Virus record (IMG/VR): IMGVR_UViG_3300020733_000010
Span: 64,001 to 128,000 of that record
DNA length: 64,000 nucleotides
Source of the DNA: a virus
Reading direction: 5' to 3' (one strand)
Shown in pieces: positions 15,001 to 26,358 of this stretch (position 1 is its first letter; each line of letters starts with the position of its first letter). The translations under genes and the position numbers were made by a program. The notes under the pieces were generated by a model. That model did no database searches. It was given only the letters and a program-made list of their open reading frames with translations, and was not told where the DNA came from.

Positions 15001-16012
15001 GATTATCTCGGTTATCAATATATGTAATGGTATAGTAATGGTTGTTGATTACAGTAGCTTGTGATGATTCATATACATCATTGCTTGTTGTATCAAACAA
15101 CTGTGACATATATCCAACTTCTCCGGGAGCTGTTCCATAAAACAATAGTGTTTTTCCATTGTACGCTGCAAATCCATCTATGCCACCTATCTCACTCAAC
15201 AGTTTACCTTCAATTTCAGTAAACATTTTTGTTGTTACTAAATCAATCTGAATATTTCCTGGGTAGTTGAATGCATCTTGTGCGTCTGATAATGGAACAT
15301 TAAAAGTAATAATGCCGTCGTTGGTTCCGTTATTATCTAAACCATAAATTTCTCTAGTGCTATGGTTTTTGTTGTTTAGATCGTATCCACTTAAACCCTC
15401 TTGTGTTTGGATATAGAAGTTGGTATTTTGATTAACATTGAATGTGTAAACACCACCACGAACAAGTGTGATGGTGGGGTTATTACCCGGAATATTAATT
15501 CTGTCCGCAGTAAGTTGATAACTTGTTGCACCAGAAATAACAGTATAATCCAAATGTTTGTATGGAGTTTCAGTTGTAACTAGTACTGGTTCTGGCCCTG
15601 TAGGTAACCAGTAATATTGTGTATAGTTGATAAGTTTATCTAAGTCAGCGTAGCTATCCCAACTATAGAACTGATTTTTAAACAATGATGTATTGTTATC
15701 AGGGATACCACCTTGAGAATACAACGCATCAATGATTTCGTTGTATGACATCAAATCATTAATTTCATGTGTAGATGGATCAGTGAACACAACTGTAGGT
15801 TCAAGTTGATAATTGTTTCTGTTGTCAAAAATTTCAGGCACATACTTATCGCCTGCATTAACGCCGTAACCAAATTTACTTCCAATATAACCTTGTATCT
15901 TTTGATAATCAGGTTGTTGAATTAATTGATCCAACGTTGCAGACAAGAACTGATCGTTTGAGTTTGTCTGAAAAATCTCTGGAAGAAAATCAATTGTGCG
16001 AATTGTTGCCAT
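1..16012 (-). CDS. Giant virion structural protein (baseplate/tail-associated), partial, >5,337 aa, continues past window start
   Basis: ATG at 16012-16010 gives [17 protein letters not shown], 13 nt after the gp6-like stop. The same frame is open wherever I spot-translated it (e.g. 9430 [11 protein letters not shown], 1138 [11 protein letters not shown], 58 [15 protein letters not shown]). It is absent from the ORF track, consistent with no stop inside the window. It contains FG-GAP-like and Asp-box repeats. Confidence 0.9.
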   Translation of the reverse strand, partial: MATIRTIDFLPEIFQTNSNDQFLSATLDQLIQQPDYQKIQGYIGSKFGYGVNAGDKYVPEIFDNRNNYQLEPTVVFTDPSTHEINDLMSYNEIIDALYSQGGIPDNNTSLFKNQFYSWDSYADLDKLINYTQYYWLPTGPEPVLVTTETPYKHLDYTVISGATSYQLTADRINIPGNNPTITLVRGGVYTFNVNQNTNFYIQTQEGLSGYDLNNKNHSTREIYGLDNNGTNDGIITFNVPLSDAQDAFNYPGNIQIDLVTTKMFTEIEGKLLSEIGGIDGFAAYNGKTLLFYGTAPGEVGYMSQLFDTTSNDVYESSQATVINNHYYTITYIDNRDNPADPIITLTEAGVIPDNQKITIKYGTGFAGRNFVKNSVGEIILIPLPTANLDTLYYQDGSDPYKVGKIKIVDQTNQFSIDVEKEILSKKEYTTTVGGIKFTNGLKVQFIGDVYPEKFIQGTYYVEGVGTSINLIPTTELTVPETYGQSYNNTFDETAFDTQQYNDSTNVPLYPDYLTINRNAINRNSWSRSNRWFHIDVLKTTIANTVSSPISSAALADINSRAKRPIIEFYPNLRLFKSGTQSKRPVDYVNFTVTDAFNQVAGQTSFAPDGDASSLFDGARVIFAGDNDVNVRKTIYVVKFITTSTITTPFISLSKADDGDSVFDEQTVVMKGSQYTGSTIYFDGSNWNLGQSKTEINQAPKFDLFDSNGISFGNTDYYNASDFTGCSLFEYTPGTGVDDSVLGFPISYSSVNNIGDINFSVSINTDTFNFVYNNAATNQAVNVGYVYNYSDRTNYVREIGWQTATEESFQYQIFTPSTSLGELSYTFDIAAKMDTQWPSLVVYLDNARLDSSQYTYVVSSNSTTITFSSNQITPNIPVTVMIYSDQVSKTGYYEIPSNLDQNPFNSEITTINLGDIRSHYKSICNNTPELSGIAFGPNNFRDLGNRVPYGTKIIQNSSTLAAVAGFLRQQDTNLFDSLRFNAIEYEKFKALLINTVHDNDFDILQSDADILDTAMDIITSVKSNGTPFFWSDMLPCKNASVTKSYNFKIGIDKSLFPLSKIYDFNNANYNSVLVYVTRTVNNNPKTIQMILGVDYEISDTTASLTITTPLQTNDTITVKEYYQTYGNFVPNTPSKVGLYPKFKPEVVYDTTYQNPTYFIKGHDGSYSKLYGDYIDGYLQDFRDRALFEFETRVYNNIKVNAKIPLEFDDIMPGAFRTTDYTQDQIMQMYSIQFLNWVGLNRINYVSQNYSSTNEYTWNYSSCTNKLDDTKFLQGNWRGIYLWYYDTANPDTRPWEMLGFADKPTWWDSRYGAAPYTSDNTVLWTDISNGYVYNDGNPYINTKRVRPGLLDILPVDNQGKLLSPFETVVANYDRTTFNNVWNYGDVGPAEYAYRKSSTWAFDLMRLFALTRPAMFFTMGIDLDVYRYNTEFNQYLVYNRFRGSLSNINLYGASENSAQHSLMNWIIDFEFQKGIDASAVVKNIFLGVDVRLTYRLAGFSDQNQLRFYAEKASPNSTSNSLLIPDDSYKIKLHTNQPKDTITYSSIIVQKSQAGYKVFGNSQTKAYFLSLVPKFNGNYDNITVNNETLAVSKDFTDSIIVTPYATEFDSIETLSQFIKGYGQYLINQGMQFTDIENSLELNWNQMLAELLYWTQSDWEVGSTVNVNPCANIITINKPNFVVQPLTNKQQNYILNQNLIAIQTKDLAIYRKGSLFSAKPLNAGDTVAFFTGNISNIEHVVIFDNTTIFNDTIFNPITGLRQQRLIVKGTKTANWDGTMNAPGFMINQDNVTEWQSNQRYTKGDMVKYKNNYYLANVQTILPSPTFDASLWIQNPYNKIHKGLLANPSTKSAEALKYGDVHQANLESDGDLLGFSVIGYRPRDYLASASLDDDTQVNVYKNMLTTKGTALGADMLNGATLQKNIVAYNIYENWGIKNSEFGGILNKNFVEVTLDETKLSGNPSIVGLVQSTQDASIQQAVPLTNLANYSRSITSPNVLPVLASDSLESLPSAGYVHLNDMYSLGYTVANLNATTNPNAIYKNDYIWVANQNNQWQVYTPISANVTLTVVINNLNGTIALKFSGDHNLSKTDAISIINFDSRIDGFYTINSIPDTTTVIVGSALASSVTSILGNGILCKMQSHRVDKANAIPYLPLLNNSYVPDTVWVDQDQNGNWVTYKKELNYQKAAYTKLIPGAANGNFGKSVAYIDGLGYIIGDPNAGKIYVQTEISPGAFAITQTIIHPTTDAPETITDSVGHSHTFTNTSQFGYTIVHSDDFVVISDNGTYNGKVYIYRIADLNGSKVLVEEQVILVSDTPDDDPAATSTGGQSHLGQAMAISGDNNFLYTNLIYYGLIIPYVKEPDFVYMDQGIQLASATTVGQKQFIALGDHVDSIASGTRVAFNNTPYQTVYTVITSSYDGTNTTFYTVEPITASYTSGSEVYAAYTNFNFTYEIVDAAYVPNWIQMSGLAQSGPSMSFGYSLATNYDGSRLFVGAPTYNYVVDESHTIQSTGTMFVYDRVVENISMQYDAVPGLFANFYYAFDPVTVYTADSGTVYPGSKVYINDVEIATNHYEIIANKMIFLNSRALTLKAGDIVKLSSVNFRLAVEYSAYDVGGSSQVIAGSQFGYSIVSNNSGSEFFVSAPFDSLDHTNEGTVYRFTCEGKKFGTLTGVIGADTSTQSDTYVLLNGYQVPIPAGDVYAIANSINNTNVPNVLAYVTNDGRLVIRLLKNELGTINDKLDIVTFTPNLLTYLGLELYTKTQIIKSPYPQQRSQFGLAMAHNEYTSLVVSAPANDRMLGTLFDYTGDNSHNNTVFDNNFTVFEDSLLEAGSVYMFDYLPSYNETLSSAGQMGQYIFAQALSDNDLNYGSSPGYGMALDFNTSKVIVGAPNYKPSTTAGTAYIFENSTSNTQDWSVYRHAGDIVDINKIEKVQIYDNITNSDLAPLDYFDPLQGKIMGVVRENLDYITSVDPAGYNIPNISNGSGYWGESMVGKLWFDISNVRFLYYHHTDLIYNSRYWGKVFPGSNVAVYSWAESDVLPAFYSGPGTPYDFGKFSIVYGVDANEVLVPRYYFWVRNTSTLFSEQGKRLTDSTLEQYINDPQSSGVSYFAGLSSSVFGLYNSSSYINSTNSNLYLSFSSGSAETVPHQSFKLIRDGYDEDFLTGFPDAVKGYTDPDGLYSKLLDSLCGADVYGNTVPDPSLPKIAQFGTSVRPRQSMFIDRLSALKNYIEFVNSIVAQYPITEYDTLSFLSVGNTTNYWSYTYWWATGFDNTTKTAYEVPTHTDLLAITKLKDGLIVGVTKNGVGLREVYQYSMTSNIWTRIGVENGTIQFSSLLYDYPTAQVGYGDTFFDNIAFDAYPSVETFYVLRAINEQIFIGELLTYRNQGLILLFEYIQSEAANNGNYIPWLTKTSLVDVDYTVRQLIQYPNYQTDNIQFLEGYIDEVKPYRAVIKSFNQRYTGIDVEGAAVSDFDLPAKYNTSLYKYTTPELVYQNADETSTFLPTDSVWNDSSYVDWYSNYGLTISTEPFVNVCTTVSYLSRVSTFVFVDNAFGLPTIGVMLIDQELVGYTAVNRQTGEVSGLSRALYNTVQTEHFAGSNVYMDIPGVTIIYGGKYYQDIPKVKAYIDTTKYPAPTREAILTATLGSDNVIAINVIDSGEGYVTAPEIIVDPSLVLTVTDAQIDYFSNTFFVYSQALNTGDVIKFANLGNNIVVPDGFYYVHIVTNVGLTDTTGSLIRLHKVYHESISGLHPLTLLSNGVPSSYTISVTVRAEVSMINSRVRGLTTTLRFDRTSYNSLVQPWQPNTYYSSVFSDTKNASSAIDSLSEAILYEVTQHSTSGSGQNAKFLIAYQVTNGQYNIVIETQGSGYKVNDTITILGSQLGQDITTDPTYNMTITVTAVSTTYYRLNRDTQTGTGTGAFFDITTDGSVYTAIIAPGSAGTGYQVGDIITYNGVNLGGIASTNDATITVTAVSGIGAITTFNINGTPALTAGIHTVSFTAVEPTPIVISRNGLEIPITGAVNYNDNAVVTLDYGTTGIKPGQIQGRKAYFYRVLDPYVYDDTGTKHFAGYIVGTTLYVTSVTNGTLAINDGVHGIGVASGTKITGLGTGTGGTGTYTINNTQTVATSSSPIALNNAGGAKIEVYYPRFDIQRLSNQYSIKIVDPGTIYSDGSSIVIDGSLLGSFSGVNDLTINIERADSNGGVYLYNLQGVAIKSYDEYYMSVIENDSVLLYTDPEFNIPLLYSQLAYNGQYGTDYFFIPEPFTSEIIYRHNLTSYVSYQNQVWKCTSSNNDATFDINKWQFVFSDDRALNALDRIVAYYAPTTSMPAKDLYQLVDGITYPHDTYYGNSFAPDEQIPIDYIVKDPQFFPRDANITSIVYNGYNYFAVGNGETNAVIWISSDGMNWTSHVISEILLNITDISYSPSLAQYTITTRNTGSPIYISFDGVSWNTVGSQIKFDDIGFDRIEYDDSSISIENLIQLNATATNGADIYVVGKKIYYANDGITFNSVFDFGSRLDNELFGIAYINSNHFIGYIAVGVGYEVTGGAGTAAPTITKFGRIVINNSGTWNKLVPNITSHTLYCVTNSNSTIIVAGENASIYYSLNGSNWGTGQITSGSTTETIRSAAYGLSTYVLVGDNGIILTSLDGVSYTVMSTGVPTHNIKGDVTQYNFTKVYFDGTYFYVTGDYGLVMRSRNATQWTIVSNQQYAEPNFVVQGSDFLYGYGPEEMVAGLISDNLSMKVKTSPGSYWDMYVDNAGAWDLAPSVSHFYYGHTGFLMQSMVGKLDNSLSINFDNLTATPAQISVYIIDDTTKLATRIYENVTTANSTISYSVNWVTKVVTLSISISKTQSVMIEAYEVGDGRQLIRNSNELLPLQIDPASGNSCFIFDFKYQEIVTDNATGRENIVVYINGEKQVYQTDYYIDFTEDNSMKLVFNTVYDNATTYITFAILTTSITAENNTEFFYSIPETQVFTGSGPYTLSGYVGGANPNNMIVERNGLRLVPGVDYSLSGQRLTIGFATADDLIAVTTFNSTSRQWLSTTYSVTVGVWGITYVDNTVTPVKVKFDRTTSFSNGNELRFNGLNGSIEMNNSLYYVKVSGTDSSIVYLYHDSTFNTPVQGNSISTYLGGGFGWLDSNSLVISSPSVPSTMPSIVYQDGNRTWVTVNGKRLDPSLLVFNAGNKLSILTDIQYDDVVVVTAMVTGASPRESSFILTVDKQNMGEVYRTNPGDGTWLVQDLVATDNTIYLNNVSNVISTLVQTIPVVSSNGTLLAYVQCNPKDVKYLTVYDVSRQVELDSGSYSFEIIDGQPAVVFLDSVDLGNQVTITLGTGDIILIGSERVKFSSV

Positions 16013-16025
16013 TATTTTACCTATC

Positions 16026-19000
16026 TTAACCTATTTGCAATTGTGCTGCTGTCAATGCTGTGATGACTGAAATATCTGATGCTTGTGCTGCGTTAACAAA
16101 AATCTCGTATGGTGCTGAACGAATCTCGTACAAGTCACCAAACTTCAATGTTGTATCATTTGGAACTAGTACTACTGAGCTTACTAAATCACCTAATACT
16201 GAATGCAAGTATGCACTTAGTTCACTGAAATAGAATGTGTCTCCAAAGTTCCAGTTATCAATTGCAAAGTAATTGTTCATTTCTGCCAATACATTAGAAA
16301 TGATTTCACTATCACTTGCGGTAGTTGTACTTGTTTTAATAACTTTGATTGTTGCACGTAACAATGGATCAGCTTTCTGTCCAAACAAAGGTTTGAACTG
16401 TACTGTATTTAATATCACATTATCAGTCAACATCTTATAATCATTAATCTTATTGTATGCAGTTGCTAAATCATTGATACTTGGTGCTGCTGGTTTACTT
16501 ACAGTACCCGTCGTATCTTTGATCCAGTTTTGATAACTTGTATAATAGCTTTGTGTGACCAAATACATATCAATGATGTTACTTGTTCCTGGATCAATAC
16601 GTGTTGTATTGTCGCTGATATGTTTATATTGGAAGAACAAACCTTGTCGACCAATTTTTACACTATATCCAGAAACAGAACCAACGTCAACAATATGTGG
16701 TTTGATAGGATCATTGTATGAATAGTAGAACAAGTTTTCACGATATGCATAGAACACGGTTCCTACTACAAATTCATTTTTGATTGTGTTGATTTCACTC
16801 AAACTACCATATTGATAAATGATATCATTGCTTGATACCATTGTATATCGTGTTAAATTGTTTGCATCAATAATTTGTTGGAAGAAAACAAATGCATAGT
16901 TGTTATAGACACCCAATTGATATCCAGTTACAACCGTAAAGAAGTCTGGGTCTTTGTAAGAGCCCGGAACAGTTAAGTCACCTATTGCAACTTCAATTGC
17001 ATAATCATCAACATACCCATCACTCTCAGTTGTTTGTCCTACAACGTTCAACGTAACATCTTCATACATTGGATAGTTACCATATGGTTGATTATTTGTT
17101 TTTAGTATCTTTATATGGTCTTGTAGCGTCTTACCGCTCAATGGATCATAGATAACTTTATCACGGTCAAATGTGAAACGAACATTATTAACGCTACCAA
17201 AATAGTATGCAGTTGATTTATATGTAATAGTATAAGTTCCGTTACCATTGCTTTGAAACTTAGCAAAATAATATGGGTCACTAAATGTTGAAATACTCCA
17301 GCGATTTGGATCATTAGCTAGTTTGCTATTATCATAGAACAAGCTAAAGTTTTGTTGCAACACAACCAAATTAACAATTTCTTGTATCAATGTTGATGAC
17401 AATTCATTAGTAAATGATGGGATCACTGCATTCAAAAATGCTCCCTGTGGCACTGCATTTGTTAATGTGACTGGTCCCAAACCATTGTCTAAGTTTCCGT
17501 AACCACTGTTGTACCCGTCTCCTACAACACTATCAACACTTGTCCAAATACTAATCTTATTGACTTGTGTAGGTAATCCTGCAACCAGTTGGTTATGTTC
17601 ATTGAAGTAAAATCCAGACGGAGCAGTAAAGTTTAGTAATGCACCTGGTGTGATATACTTTACGCTTCCGCTAGCGTTGACACCAACTTGTACGGGTAAT
17701 CCATTGATTGCTGAATACAAGTATCCTGTACTATTTAAGTTATTGAATGTAGTTTGGTGCCATAAAATTATTCCATCACCGCTTTCATTATCAACTAGAT
17801 AACGATTATAGTTTGATGAATAGTATTGAAATACCCTGTTTCCACCTAAAACATCTGCAAACGGACCTGTTAAGAAGTTAATGATTGTATTAACTGTGTT
17901 TGCGTTAAACGTTAAGAACCCATCATTGTAATCTTCAAATAATCCACCATCATCAGTAATGTCAGTAACACTTGAGTAATTTGCACTAGGATCAGTTAAA
18001 TCATAGTTACGACTAACACCTACACTAGTTCTATTAATGGCTTTACTTTTAATAATAGAACTATACAATGTGTATGGGAAATTGTTGTAGTCTTCTCCAT
18101 TCACCATTCTATTTTGAGAGTAGAAAGTTTTTGGTGCTCTTTCTTTAATATTTTGCAATGATTCACGTGCTTGTGCATTCGTGATTGGAAGTGGTAAATC
18201 TAGTGTCAATGACAATGTTTCAGTACGACCTGTTCTGCTTACATACGGTATAGAAATTATCACGTTTTGCATTTCAACTGGGTCAATGCTATATGTTAAT
18301 GCATTGCCTGCACGTAGATATGCCACATAGTTTCCAACAGGAATATCAGCAAATACACCGTCACCAAACGTGTAACTTACTTGGTCATTGAATCCGCTCA
18401 CAACAGAAAACAATTTCTTGTTTCCATTGATATTTTGTAGGTTGGCATTAGAATATAAATTCTCTACTTGATTCCATTGAAGGAAAGTTCCACTACTAGC
18501 TACTTCATAAAGCCATGTATCATCATTATTGATACCCTGAATATTGACATCAATGATGTTGTTACTAATTTGTTGAGAAATAGTGAATGGATAAGTTTGT
18601 AATGATCCTTGTTTAAAATACAAGAAGAATCCAGTATTTGGGCTACCGTATCCTAACTGGTCATTACGATAAACCATGTTAAATTGATTGTTTGGTCCTG
18701 GAGGAATTTCATACAGTGATTCGCTATTGACGCTAGTTACACTGACACATTCAAAATTCATAGATGTTCCGTTAACCACACTACTGAAGGGGTAAACAAG
18801 TGCAGCACTGGGAGGAACACTTATTCCATATTCGTCGGTTTTGACATTTAAAATAGATTGGCTGTGACCGGGTTTACCAACACGTTGGGTATCCACTAAG
18901 CAAGCATTGATAACACTGTTAAATTGTTCTTGCCAATTAGGGTTAGCAGTATCATTCCACAAAATAACTGCATTACTTAAATTAATACCATTGATATCTC

Positions 19001-19388
19001 TTACTTGCTCAGTTGTTTGTACGCTAGTAATCTTTAAAAAACCTTGACCAGCAAAATTTCTTTTTGGGTTATAGTTAACTAAGTTAGCTAGTTTGATAAC
19101 ACTATCTCTACGTTCAGCAGTGTCGATAAAGTTCTCACGCGCATTTAAGTCGCTACGGAAAGCGAGTGCTTGTCCCATAAACGCAATAATATCTAACAAA
19201 GCGATGTATTCGCTAGATTCAGTATAGTCATTAAAGGTTTCAGGGTAGTAAGTGCGTAGGTAATCTACGAAAATCTTGCGTAGTGTTTCATAGTCATAGC
19301 TTTGTAGGTCGGCTTGACTGTAGGTTTGATAGATTGATTTCCAATCGTTAACCCCAAATATATTAGATTGTCTTGAACTTGTAGCCAT
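16026..19388 (-). CDS. gp6: Baseplate wedge subunit (T4 gp6-like / baseplate J-like), 1120 aa
   Basis: N-terminal motif [60 protein letters not shown] and [13 protein letters not shown]...[10 protein letters not shown] are typical of gp6-like wedge proteins; adjacent to gp25. Confidence 0.85.
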   Translation of the reverse strand: MATSSRQSNIFGVNDWKSIYQTYSQADLQSYDYETLRKIFVDYLRTYYPETFNDYTESSEYIALLDIIAFMGQALAFRSDLNARENFIDTAERRDSVIKLANLVNYNPKRNFAGQGFLKITSVQTTEQVRDINGINLSNAVILWNDTANPNWQEQFNSVINACLVDTQRVGKPGHSQSILNVKTDEYGISVPPSAALVYPFSSVVNGTSMNFECVSVTSVNSESLYEIPPGPNNQFNMVYRNDQLGYGSPNTGFFLYFKQGSLQTYPFTISQQISNNIIDVNIQGINNDDTWLYEVASSGTFLQWNQVENLYSNANLQNINGNKKLFSVVSGFNDQVSYTFGDGVFADIPVGNYVAYLRAGNALTYSIDPVEMQNVIISIPYVSRTGRTETLSLTLDLPLPITNAQARESLQNIKERAPKTFYSQNRMVNGEDYNNFPYTLYSSIIKSKAINRTSVGVSRNYDLTDPSANYSSVTDITDDGGLFEDYNDGFLTFNANTVNTIINFLTGPFADVLGGNRVFQYYSSNYNRYLVDNESGDGIILWHQTTFNNLNSTGYLYSAINGLPVQVGVNASGSVKYITPGALLNFTAPSGFYFNEHNQLVAGLPTQVNKISIWTSVDSVVGDGYNSGYGNLDNGLGPVTLTNAVPQGAFLNAVIPSFTNELSSTLIQEIVNLVVLQQNFSLFYDNSKLANDPNRWSISTFSDPYYFAKFQSNGNGTYTITYKSTAYYFGSVNNVRFTFDRDKVIYDPLSGKTLQDHIKILKTNNQPYGNYPMYEDVTLNVVGQTTESDGYVDDYAIEVAIGDLTVPGSYKDPDFFTVVTGYQLGVYNNYAFVFFQQIIDANNLTRYTMVSSNDIIYQYGSLSEINTIKNEFVVGTVFYAYRENLFYYSYNDPIKPHIVDVGSVSGYSVKIGRQGLFFQYKHISDNTTRIDPGTSNIIDMYLVTQSYYTSYQNWIKDTTGTVSKPAAPSINDLATAYNKINDYKMLTDNVILNTVQFKPLFGQKADPLLRATIKVIKTSTTTASDSEIISNVLAEMNNYFAIDNWNFGDTFYFSELSAYLHSVLGDLVSSVVLVPNDTTLKFGDLYEIRSAPYEIFVNAAQASDISVITALTAAQLQIG

Positions 19389-19405
19389 ACGTAGTCTCTT
19401 TTATG

Positions 19406-19413
19406 TATTTATC
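19406..19413 (-). promoter_or_regulatory. T4-late-like promoter box GATAAATA upstream of gp6-like gene
   Basis: Matches the ATAAATA core recurring before structural genes; 17 nt upstream of the ATG. Confidence 0.6.
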
Positions 19414-19432
19414 ATAAAGAAATATGGCGTTT

Positions 19433-19882
19433 TTAGACTCCCAGTGCCTTGTTTGTTGATTGGTCAAAGAACACTGACAATGATTGTACATCATTGAATG
19501 GTGCAATAGAGAACTCAGCCTCTAATTGAATTCCTGAGTTATATGGAGTACAGTTTATAACCCCTAATGAGATTCTTGGGTCTTGATTACCCACTCGTCT
19601 TACTTCATTTTCAAGTAGTGTTTGAACGTCGGTTGTGTTAGGTTCAAATACAAAGTCCCATAATGTAGTTCCATAATCAGGGCGACCTGGTTTCTGACCT
19701 AGAGGAATGTTCAACGCATTTAAAAAATCACGTATCACTAAGTCTGTATCGGTCATGGTAAACTTTTTAGCATTAGTGATTTGATTATTAAAAGTTCCAC
19801 CACCCCCAGCGACACCACGGGTCACGTTATTTTTACGTACCTGATCTACGTTTATTGTGCTGAATCCAATGAATGTTGCCAT
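19433..19882 (-). CDS. gp25: Baseplate wedge / sheath initiator (gp25-like)
   Basis: DLVIRDFLNALNIPLGQKPGRPDYGTTLWDFVFEP...DPR pattern of the GPW/gp25 family. Confidence 0.9.
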   Translation of the reverse strand: MATFIGFSTINVDQVRKNNVTRGVAGGGGTFNNQITNAKKFTMTDTDLVIRDFLNALNIPLGQKPGRPDYGTTLWDFVFEPNTTDVQTLLENEVRRVGNQDPRISLGVINCTPYNSGIQLEAEFSIAPFNDVQSLSVFFDQSTNKALGV

Positions 19883-19908
19883 GACTTTATCCTATAGAAT
19901 ATTTATTC

Positions 19909-22900
19909 TTATCCTAAACCGGGTATTTTTAGACCGCCCAAATTGCTAGGTAACCCAGATATATTTGTATTTTTAGCGATACTAGCAATATCGGGACCAT
20001 TTGCCGCGTTTGTTGAACTAGTACTTGCACTTTGTGTTGGTGCATTAGTTATTGATTTGTTTTGTAAATCTGAAAGTGACTGCTGAGTTGCATTAATTTG
20101 TTGCAATTTTGCTTGATATGCCTGTGATGCTGCTTGTGTCTCGGGAGCGGAGTCACCATACTTAAGTTTTGCATCAAGATATGTTTTACGCAATGGCCAT
20201 TGTTCATCTTGCTGTGTATCTAATTGTTTTTTCAATTCATCGTATTTTGCAACATCTGCTGATGACAATGGAGGTGGAAGTTTGAATGATCCAAACGGAA
20301 TAGATGGAATCTTACTGTCCCCTAATAGTGATTTTGCTTGGCTTGCCATGTCAGTAGCATCAAATGTATTTGAAGCGACTGTTGGTAATTGAACTGGAAC
20401 TGGACCACCTGCACCAAGGGAGTTTATTGCACTTGATAGTTTTGCTGCGTCTGAGCTGCTTAATCCTGCGCCAGCAAGACCTACTAGTCCACCTGCATTC
20501 TGTGCTTGATTTTTCAAATCATTTAATGAAGACAAACTTGGAATCCCTCCCGCAAGAGATATCCCACTTATTGCTGAAGTAATTGACCCTATACCGGGAA
20601 TATTAGGAAGTTTTCCTGCAATGTTTGATTTACTAGAATCAACTATGTTAGACACTGCCGATGCACCTCCTGGTAATGCATCAATGCCAGGAACACTTGA
20701 GGTTGCATTGTTTACAATATTGTTAACGGCTGCACCTGCAGTTTGAATTGTTGATCCTGGATCACTTGTATTTGCTGTTGCTGATTGTACTGCTGAATTA
20801 ACTGCGCTATTTGCGGCATTAATTGAGTTAGTTCCAATATTATCAGCACTTGATAAATTATTGATTGTTGTTGTTAACCCGGTAGTTGCTTTATTTGCTA
20901 AACCTGCAGCAATATCAGGTGATAACCCTACTTTTGATATTACCGAACCAATTAACCCTGCACCAATTGATCCTAGTCCTTTTAATATACCTGAACTATT
21001 ATTACCAGGTGCTTGAGAACTACCAGAGCCTGCATCTGCTGCTGCTTGTTCCTCTGATGCTTTTGCTTTTATCTCTGTTAAGTTTTGAGGTACTCCGGCA
21101 GATAATGGTTTGAACGTTGCTTTTATTTTTTCAAACGCTCCGGCTGCTGCACCTTTAATCTGATCGGTCAGTGATAGGTTAGGTGCTGCACCTGCAGTCA
21201 ACCCGCTTAATGATTTGTCAGACAAATTAGCAGCAAAATTACCACTTGATATCAAGTCCTTTGCTTTTCCCAAAAGATCACCTGCACTAGTAACACTTCC
21301 AGATGAGCCTAATGAGGTTAATCCTGCAACAACAGTTGCCGCCGCTGCTACACTTGTTACAGATGCTCCACCTGGAATAGAGTTAATATTTGTTTGGTTA
21401 TTTAATATAGCTTTCGCTGCATCGGCAGTAGGACCTGTACCTACAGTTGCTCCGCTTAATACTAAGCCTGCAGTGTTAGTTGGACTTTCATTATTACCAA
21501 TTACACCTGCTGTTTTTAAGTCACTTTCGCTCTTTGCAAGTAATACAACTGCTGTGCCTGTTTGTGCATTGACATTATTGACAAACTGGCTTACATTAGT
21601 TATACCATCTTTACCTGTAAAAAATGCTGGTGCCATTGCCTTGTCAATAGGTACACCTGATTGAATCATGTTATTGATTGCAACATCAGCTCCCGGTTTA
21701 AGAACACCTGATTGCGCCATTTGACTTGGATTTATTGCAAGAGGACCAAAAACTGCTGTTTTTGTTCCGTCTGTTGCAGTAACTACACCCGCACCTTGTT
21801 GAATAATACTTTGCGGAACTGCAACAGTTGCATTTGTTGCCATTTGAGAGACTAAAGTACTTGTCGTTGCTTTGTCGAGTGTTGCACTTGCTGCTGGTAT
21901 ATTAGGTACAGTAGATGCTAGTGAACTAGATGTAGGCGCAGTTGGGGTTTGGGGAACTGCACTGTTTACCGCAGAAACTGACGGTGAGGGTGCTGCTGGT
22001 AAATTTGCAGCCGCCGTCAAATTAGATTTAACGTCAACACCCAAGTTAGCACTTGCCCATGGTGCATGTGCTGGAGCACGACTTACAATACTTTGTAGTT
22101 TAGCTGGTGCAGGGATATATCCTCTTTCACTATCAAATAATGTATCAACATGTGGTTTAACTACTAATTGTGATACGTCATTTGGTACTAGTGAACTTGA
22201 CCCTGTGTTCAATTTAACGTCAGGACCACCATTAATATATGCAGTGCCTCCTGCTTTGATACTAGTATCTCCTGCAGCACTGCTACTCATTCCACCACCA
22301 ACTTTGTTTGTATAGTTACCCTTTACTTGTTGATTATAATCTGTTCCAGAAAACATTGTCGTTTGTTTACTAGATTGTAAATGAATGTTTTCAGCATTAA
22401 TGTTTAAGTCTTTGGTAGCATTGATGTTGATGTTATTATCAGCATGTAAGTTCAAATCACCTTGTGTTCTAACATTAACTGAGTTGGTTGAGTACATGTC
22501 AATTGTACCCTCTTTACCAAACTCAATATAACTTTGACCACTACTATGCATAATCATCAACAATTGTGCGGTGTCATTCATCATGACCATATGACCGCCC
22601 GTAGTACGAAAACGCATCAATTGATCTTTACCAACAACATCACCGTCATCCATTACTAATGTATGTCCACCGGTACGTCCTACAACTTTAAAATTAGTAT
22701 TTGATTCTTTATTAGCGATTGCTGCACCAAGTGTGCTATCATCATATCCACCTTGATAGATTGGACGTCCTGGGGTACTCATACCAAATACTCTACTTGG
22801 ACTTTCACGTTGTGCGCTACTACTGATAGTTCCCCTATCACTATCTCTTATTAACCCCTGTTTGTTTAATATAGCTGCTTGATAGCTATGAACAACTTTA

Positions 22901-23445
22901 GGTTGTTGTGTTAACGTAGTTGATTGGTCTTGTTTAGTGTTTGCGTTATTAATTTCACTAACTGGCAATCGTGTTGAGCCGCCATATGATTTTGCTTCAC
23001 CCTCATTTGCAACAATTGAATCACTTGATCCTATTGCAGGGACCATGTGATTTAATCCTGCTCTTGGTAAAGAACCAACATAATAACCTTGATTAGGTTT
23101 ACCATCAACAAATATACAAATAACTTCTGTTCCTATATCAGGTGGAGTAGCCCAAAATCCATAACTTTGGGGATTGCCTACATACTTACCATAATCACTT
23201 GACGATGATGTATTATCAGTATAACCAAAGAAAGGACTCATATAACTTACAGTAGTCCACTTTCTTGCGTCATTTTCATTTGGAGATCCTGTTTGTCTTA
23301 AGAATACTTGAATTTTTCCTGAATGTGTAGGATCAATGTTGTTCTTCACAATGCCAATAATAGGATGCGAGTATAGTACGGCACCACCACGATCATCTTT
23401 AGTGCTTTTAAGTTGCCCTTTGACTTTTGGTATATTATCTGCCAT
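19909..23445 (-). CDS. gp5: Central spike / baseplate hub protein (gp5/VgrG-like) with long low-complexity C-terminal extension, 1178 aa
   Basis: N-terminal OB-fold signature (IGIVKNNIDPTHSGKIQV...SYGFWATPPDIGTEVICIF), RTGGHTLVMDD...RTTGGHMVMMND, and beta-helix repeats (DLNLHADNNININA). No T4-lysozyme motif recognised. Confidence 0.8.
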   Translation of the reverse strand: MADNIPKVKGQLKSTKDDRGGAVLYSHPIIGIVKNNIDPTHSGKIQVFLRQTGSPNENDARKWTTVSYMSPFFGYTDNTSSSSDYGKYVGNPQSYGFWATPPDIGTEVICIFVDGKPNQGYYVGSLPRAGLNHMVPAIGSSDSIVANEGEAKSYGGSTRLPVSEINNANTKQDQSTTLTQQPKVVHSYQAAILNKQGLIRDSDRGTISSSAQRESPSRVFGMSTPGRPIYQGGYDDSTLGAAIANKESNTNFKVVGRTGGHTLVMDDGDVVGKDQLMRFRTTGGHMVMMNDTAQLLMIMHSSGQSYIEFGKEGTIDMYSTNSVNVRTQGDLNLHADNNININATKDLNINAENIHLQSSKQTTMFSGTDYNQQVKGNYTNKVGGGMSSSAAGDTSIKAGGTAYINGGPDVKLNTGSSSLVPNDVSQLVVKPHVDTLFDSERGYIPAPAKLQSIVSRAPAHAPWASANLGVDVKSNLTAAANLPAAPSPSVSAVNSAVPQTPTAPTSSSLASTVPNIPAASATLDKATTSTLVSQMATNATVAVPQSIIQQGAGVVTATDGTKTAVFGPLAINPSQMAQSGVLKPGADVAINNMIQSGVPIDKAMAPAFFTGKDGITNVSQFVNNVNAQTGTAVVLLAKSESDLKTAGVIGNNESPTNTAGLVLSGATVGTGPTADAAKAILNNQTNINSIPGGASVTSVAAAATVVAGLTSLGSSGSVTSAGDLLGKAKDLISSGNFAANLSDKSLSGLTAGAAPNLSLTDQIKGAAAGAFEKIKATFKPLSAGVPQNLTEIKAKASEEQAAADAGSGSSQAPGNNSSGILKGLGSIGAGLIGSVISKVGLSPDIAAGLANKATTGLTTTINNLSSADNIGTNSINAANSAVNSAVQSATANTSDPGSTIQTAGAAVNNIVNNATSSVPGIDALPGGASAVSNIVDSSKSNIAGKLPNIPGIGSITSAISGISLAGGIPSLSSLNDLKNQAQNAGGLVGLAGAGLSSSDAAKLSSAINSLGAGGPVPVQLPTVASNTFDATDMASQAKSLLGDSKIPSIPFGSFKLPPPLSSADVAKYDELKKQLDTQQDEQWPLRKTYLDAKLKYGDSAPETQAASQAYQAKLQQINATQQSLSDLQNKSITNAPTQSASTSSTNAANGPDIASIAKNTNISGLPSNLGGLKIPGLG

Positions 23446-23453
23446 GTTATTCC

Positions 23454-26057
23454 TTAATCTCTTCCGTCATTTGGATCGCTACCGTAAACAGTTTGTCCAT
23501 TTTTATTAGTCCACTTTTTGATAACGACTCCGGTGTCTTGTACTGCACGTTTGACACTATTTCCAAAGTTATTCTCATCATCATCAGCAGAAACACCTGT
23601 TGCTGCTTGTTGTGTACCTTTAATAGCACCTTGACCATTGTCACCTTGGTCAATTCTACGAGGGTCCGTTTCTGCAAAACTTGCGCCTCCTCTGCCTGAG
23701 CCACCTTTGCTGTCAGTTTTATTTTTAGAGAAACGTGGACTAGATCCATTGTCACCTGACATTGATAATGTACCGTGCCCATTACCATTGCCGTTCTCAG
23801 AAGGTTGTTCTCTGCCGCCTGCAGTAGATGTACTTGAATTTGAATTTGAAGGTGCGGTGATGTCTGTTAATTGCTCCCATATAGGCATCATTACATGAAA
23901 TTCTTGTGTGAATGATCCTTTAACGAATAAGCTCTTTACTGCAATTACAATATAAATTATACCTGAAGTCTTTGGTGCAACATCAGCTGGGTATTTGTAG
24001 AAGTCAATATTACCATTTGGACCAATATCACCCGGTTGTCCACCAGTCAATAGTCCTATACTATTATCATAATCACTTGCTTGTTTGAAATTGATTTCGA
24101 TAAAAACCTGTCCATGATTGGGGTTGACTGTAAAATCTTTGCCATACCATTTTGAATACGCTGCACCTATCGAGTCATTTACTGTTGGCATTAAAAAATC
24201 AGGATCACCCATTATTTTAATATGTGCCTTAACTTGGTCATCCATTGAATACAAAAACGATTTAACAGAGTTAATTTGCTCCATTGCACCGCTAAACAAT
24301 GATGTTGGATCTTCGTTTTGTGCGTACACTGGATTATTGGGAACTCCTCTTAGTTTGTTAACTACAGAGTTGTTGTTTATAGAAACAGCATTATAATATA
24401 GAGAGTTATAGTTCACTTCATAACTCAACACGCTTGTATTTTTTCCTGTATACCAATAGTCATAAATTTTGTGTGGGCCATAATATTTTGATGTGACTCC
24501 TGCACCTGCTGCTAACAGGTATGGTACTTCATACTTGCTTATTTTGTAGGTTATCTTATAAGCATACATGTTCCTCACTTCATCAAAGTCAATTACTTCG
24601 GCTGATGTGTTAATGTTAAACCATGATAGAACTTTTGGTGAGGTATTGTCAACTGAGTTACTATCAGCATCATTAATTTGTGCTAGTTGTTCTTTATCTT
24701 TAACTAATAATCTATCACGAATATAAGAACTTTGCAAAATGATAGTTTCTATTGCTTGAATCACAGGTGTTCCGGCTGGGAGTTCAATTGTCCTCATTGC
24801 TTTTTCAATAGCAAGTGCATTCCCCGATTCACTTGCCTTTACATTAACATCAGCAGTTGTTTTTGCCGGGTACAATGGAGTTCTATCTTTGTTATAGTAG
24901 CTTTGGTCCACTAACAATTCATCACCAATTCCACTGCTAGGATCAATTTCAATAACAAATTGATCCGCAATACCTATCTTTCCATATTTTTCACCTGGCT
25001 TTGGTTTAGCCCATTCTTTATATTGATCGTTAAGTAGTTGCTGCAATCCTTGAATATTGTTTGATCCAGTATTAGCATTTGAACCAATCAGTGCTTCAGA
25101 TACAGTAGATGCATTGACTGTCATCTTTGTATGTACTGCACCCTTCATTACACCAGTTGCTTCTACTTCTGCAGGTGTATATGCATCTACATGATATATA
25201 GATGTTTTGCCATCTAGTTTGAATTTTATATTTTGAAATTTTATAGGGAACGCTCGTTCAAAAACAGACTGTGAATCATATCGAGTTGTATCCGGCTGTG
25301 TATAATCTTCACCAGTCACTAGTTTTCCATTTTTATCGTATCCATAAAACTGCACTAACAATACATATTTGATAATATTTGATGCTAATAACCCTGTCCC
25401 AGCTGAAGGTAATTTATTTAGATAGTTCTTAAGAATATTACTCTTTGATATCATTTGAGTATAAGCAGCACCTATTCTTGAAACCAGACTAAACCCATAA
25501 GGTTCAAATATTTTAAATTTGAACATCTGTGTCATACTAGCAGCTTGGTTGCTTTTTGTGTAAATTTTACTGTCAATTTCCAATTCATCTAGGAAAAAGT
25601 CCAACTCAAATCCATCAGCACGTTTATTATCTGCACCACTGTTATTGATACCACCTGATGCACAAATTAAGTTCATACTTGATAGTGGTACATATCCACC
25701 AATAGCTAATTTATTGTAATCATCAGGATTAACAATGAACAAACTGATCTTATATGTGTAACTACTAAAATCACCTAAGGGGTTATAGGTTCTTCTTCCT
25801 GGCAAACCCTCAAAAGGTGTTGCTCCTGTTTTATTAGATGCCCCGCCCGGAACAAAAGTATTTGTATTTGAGTTATCACCTTGAGACAAATTATTTGCTC
25901 CGGCGTTCTGTGTCGCTAATCCAGCATTGGTATTAGGAGTAGAAGTAGTACCCTTTTGACTATCTTGCTTAATCTGTTTAGTTGATACATCACCGGTTTG
26001 GTCGCCGTCTGCAACTGTTTCAACTGCTTGTTTTGATTGGTCAATTGTAGCTGGCAT
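23454..26057 (-). CDS. Baseplate hub protein (gp27/gp44-like), 867 aa
   Basis: Position between spike and gp53-like genes; NPLGDFSSYTYKISL start and YDYWYTGKNTSVLSY...IKIMGDPDF motifs. The assignment rests mainly on synteny. Confidence 0.6.
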   Translation of the reverse strand: MPATIDQSKQAVETVADGDQTGDVSTKQIKQDSQKGTTSTPNTNAGLATQNAGANNLSQGDNSNTNTFVPGGASNKTGATPFEGLPGRRTYNPLGDFSSYTYKISLFIVNPDDYNKLAIGGYVPLSSMNLICASGGINNSGADNKRADGFELDFFLDELEIDSKIYTKSNQAASMTQMFKFKIFEPYGFSLVSRIGAAYTQMISKSNILKNYLNKLPSAGTGLLASNIIKYVLLVQFYGYDKNGKLVTGEDYTQPDTTRYDSQSVFERAFPIKFQNIKFKLDGKTSIYHVDAYTPAEVEATGVMKGAVHTKMTVNASTVSEALIGSNANTGSNNIQGLQQLLNDQYKEWAKPKPGEKYGKIGIADQFVIEIDPSSGIGDELLVDQSYYNKDRTPLYPAKTTADVNVKASESGNALAIEKAMRTIELPAGTPVIQAIETIILQSSYIRDRLLVKDKEQLAQINDADSNSVDNTSPKVLSWFNINTSAEVIDFDEVRNMYAYKITYKISKYEVPYLLAAGAGVTSKYYGPHKIYDYWYTGKNTSVLSYEVNYNSLYYNAVSINNNSVVNKLRGVPNNPVYAQNEDPTSLFSGAMEQINSVKSFLYSMDDQVKAHIKIMGDPDFLMPTVNDSIGAAYSKWYGKDFTVNPNHGQVFIEINFKQASDYDNSIGLLTGGQPGDIGPNGNIDFYKYPADVAPKTSGIIYIVIAVKSLFVKGSFTQEFHVMMPIWEQLTDITAPSNSNSSTSTAGGREQPSENGNGNGHGTLSMSGDNGSSPRFSKNKTDSKGGSGRGGASFAETDPRRIDQGDNGQGAIKGTQQAATGVSADDDENNFGNSVKRAVQDTGVVIKKWTNKNGQTVYGSDPNDGRD

Positions 26058-26058
26058 C

Positions 26059-26358
26059 TTAGAATCCTAGCGATTGTTGCAGTGTTGATAATTTTGGAAT
26101 ATAGATACCCGTACCCTCAACAAAATCAAACAAAGGATCTTTCAATCTGTTTGGGTTACGTTGTGCAAACACCCACCATAATTTACTGCTACCGTATAAA
26201 TCATATGCTAACATATCAGGACGCATATTGTATGTTGCAGTGATTGTCCAATAATCATCGGTTGGATCAACTGTGACGGGTCTATTGACCATAAAATCTA
26301 AGAACTGATTGTTATAGACTTTTGTTAAAAAATAGGGACTAGTTTGTGAATATGCCAT
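26059..26358 (-). CDS. gp53: Baseplate wedge LysM-like protein (gp53-like)
   Basis: YNMRPDMLAYDLYGSSKLWWVFAQRN motif. The likely start is the second Met (MAYSQ, 26358), which overlaps the upstream stop as TAATG. Confidence 0.85.
   Translation of the reverse strand: MAYSQTSPYFLTKVYNNQFLDFMVNRPVTVDPTDDYWTITATYNMRPDMLAYDLYGSSKLWWVFAQRNPNRLKDPLFDFVEGTGIYIPKLSTLQQSLGF

Noticed and set aside
4662-15583. Short ORFs (60-104 aa) listed in the first 16 kb
   Set aside because: They are antisense or off-frame shadows of the giant minus-strand gene, with no RBS or recognisable motifs.
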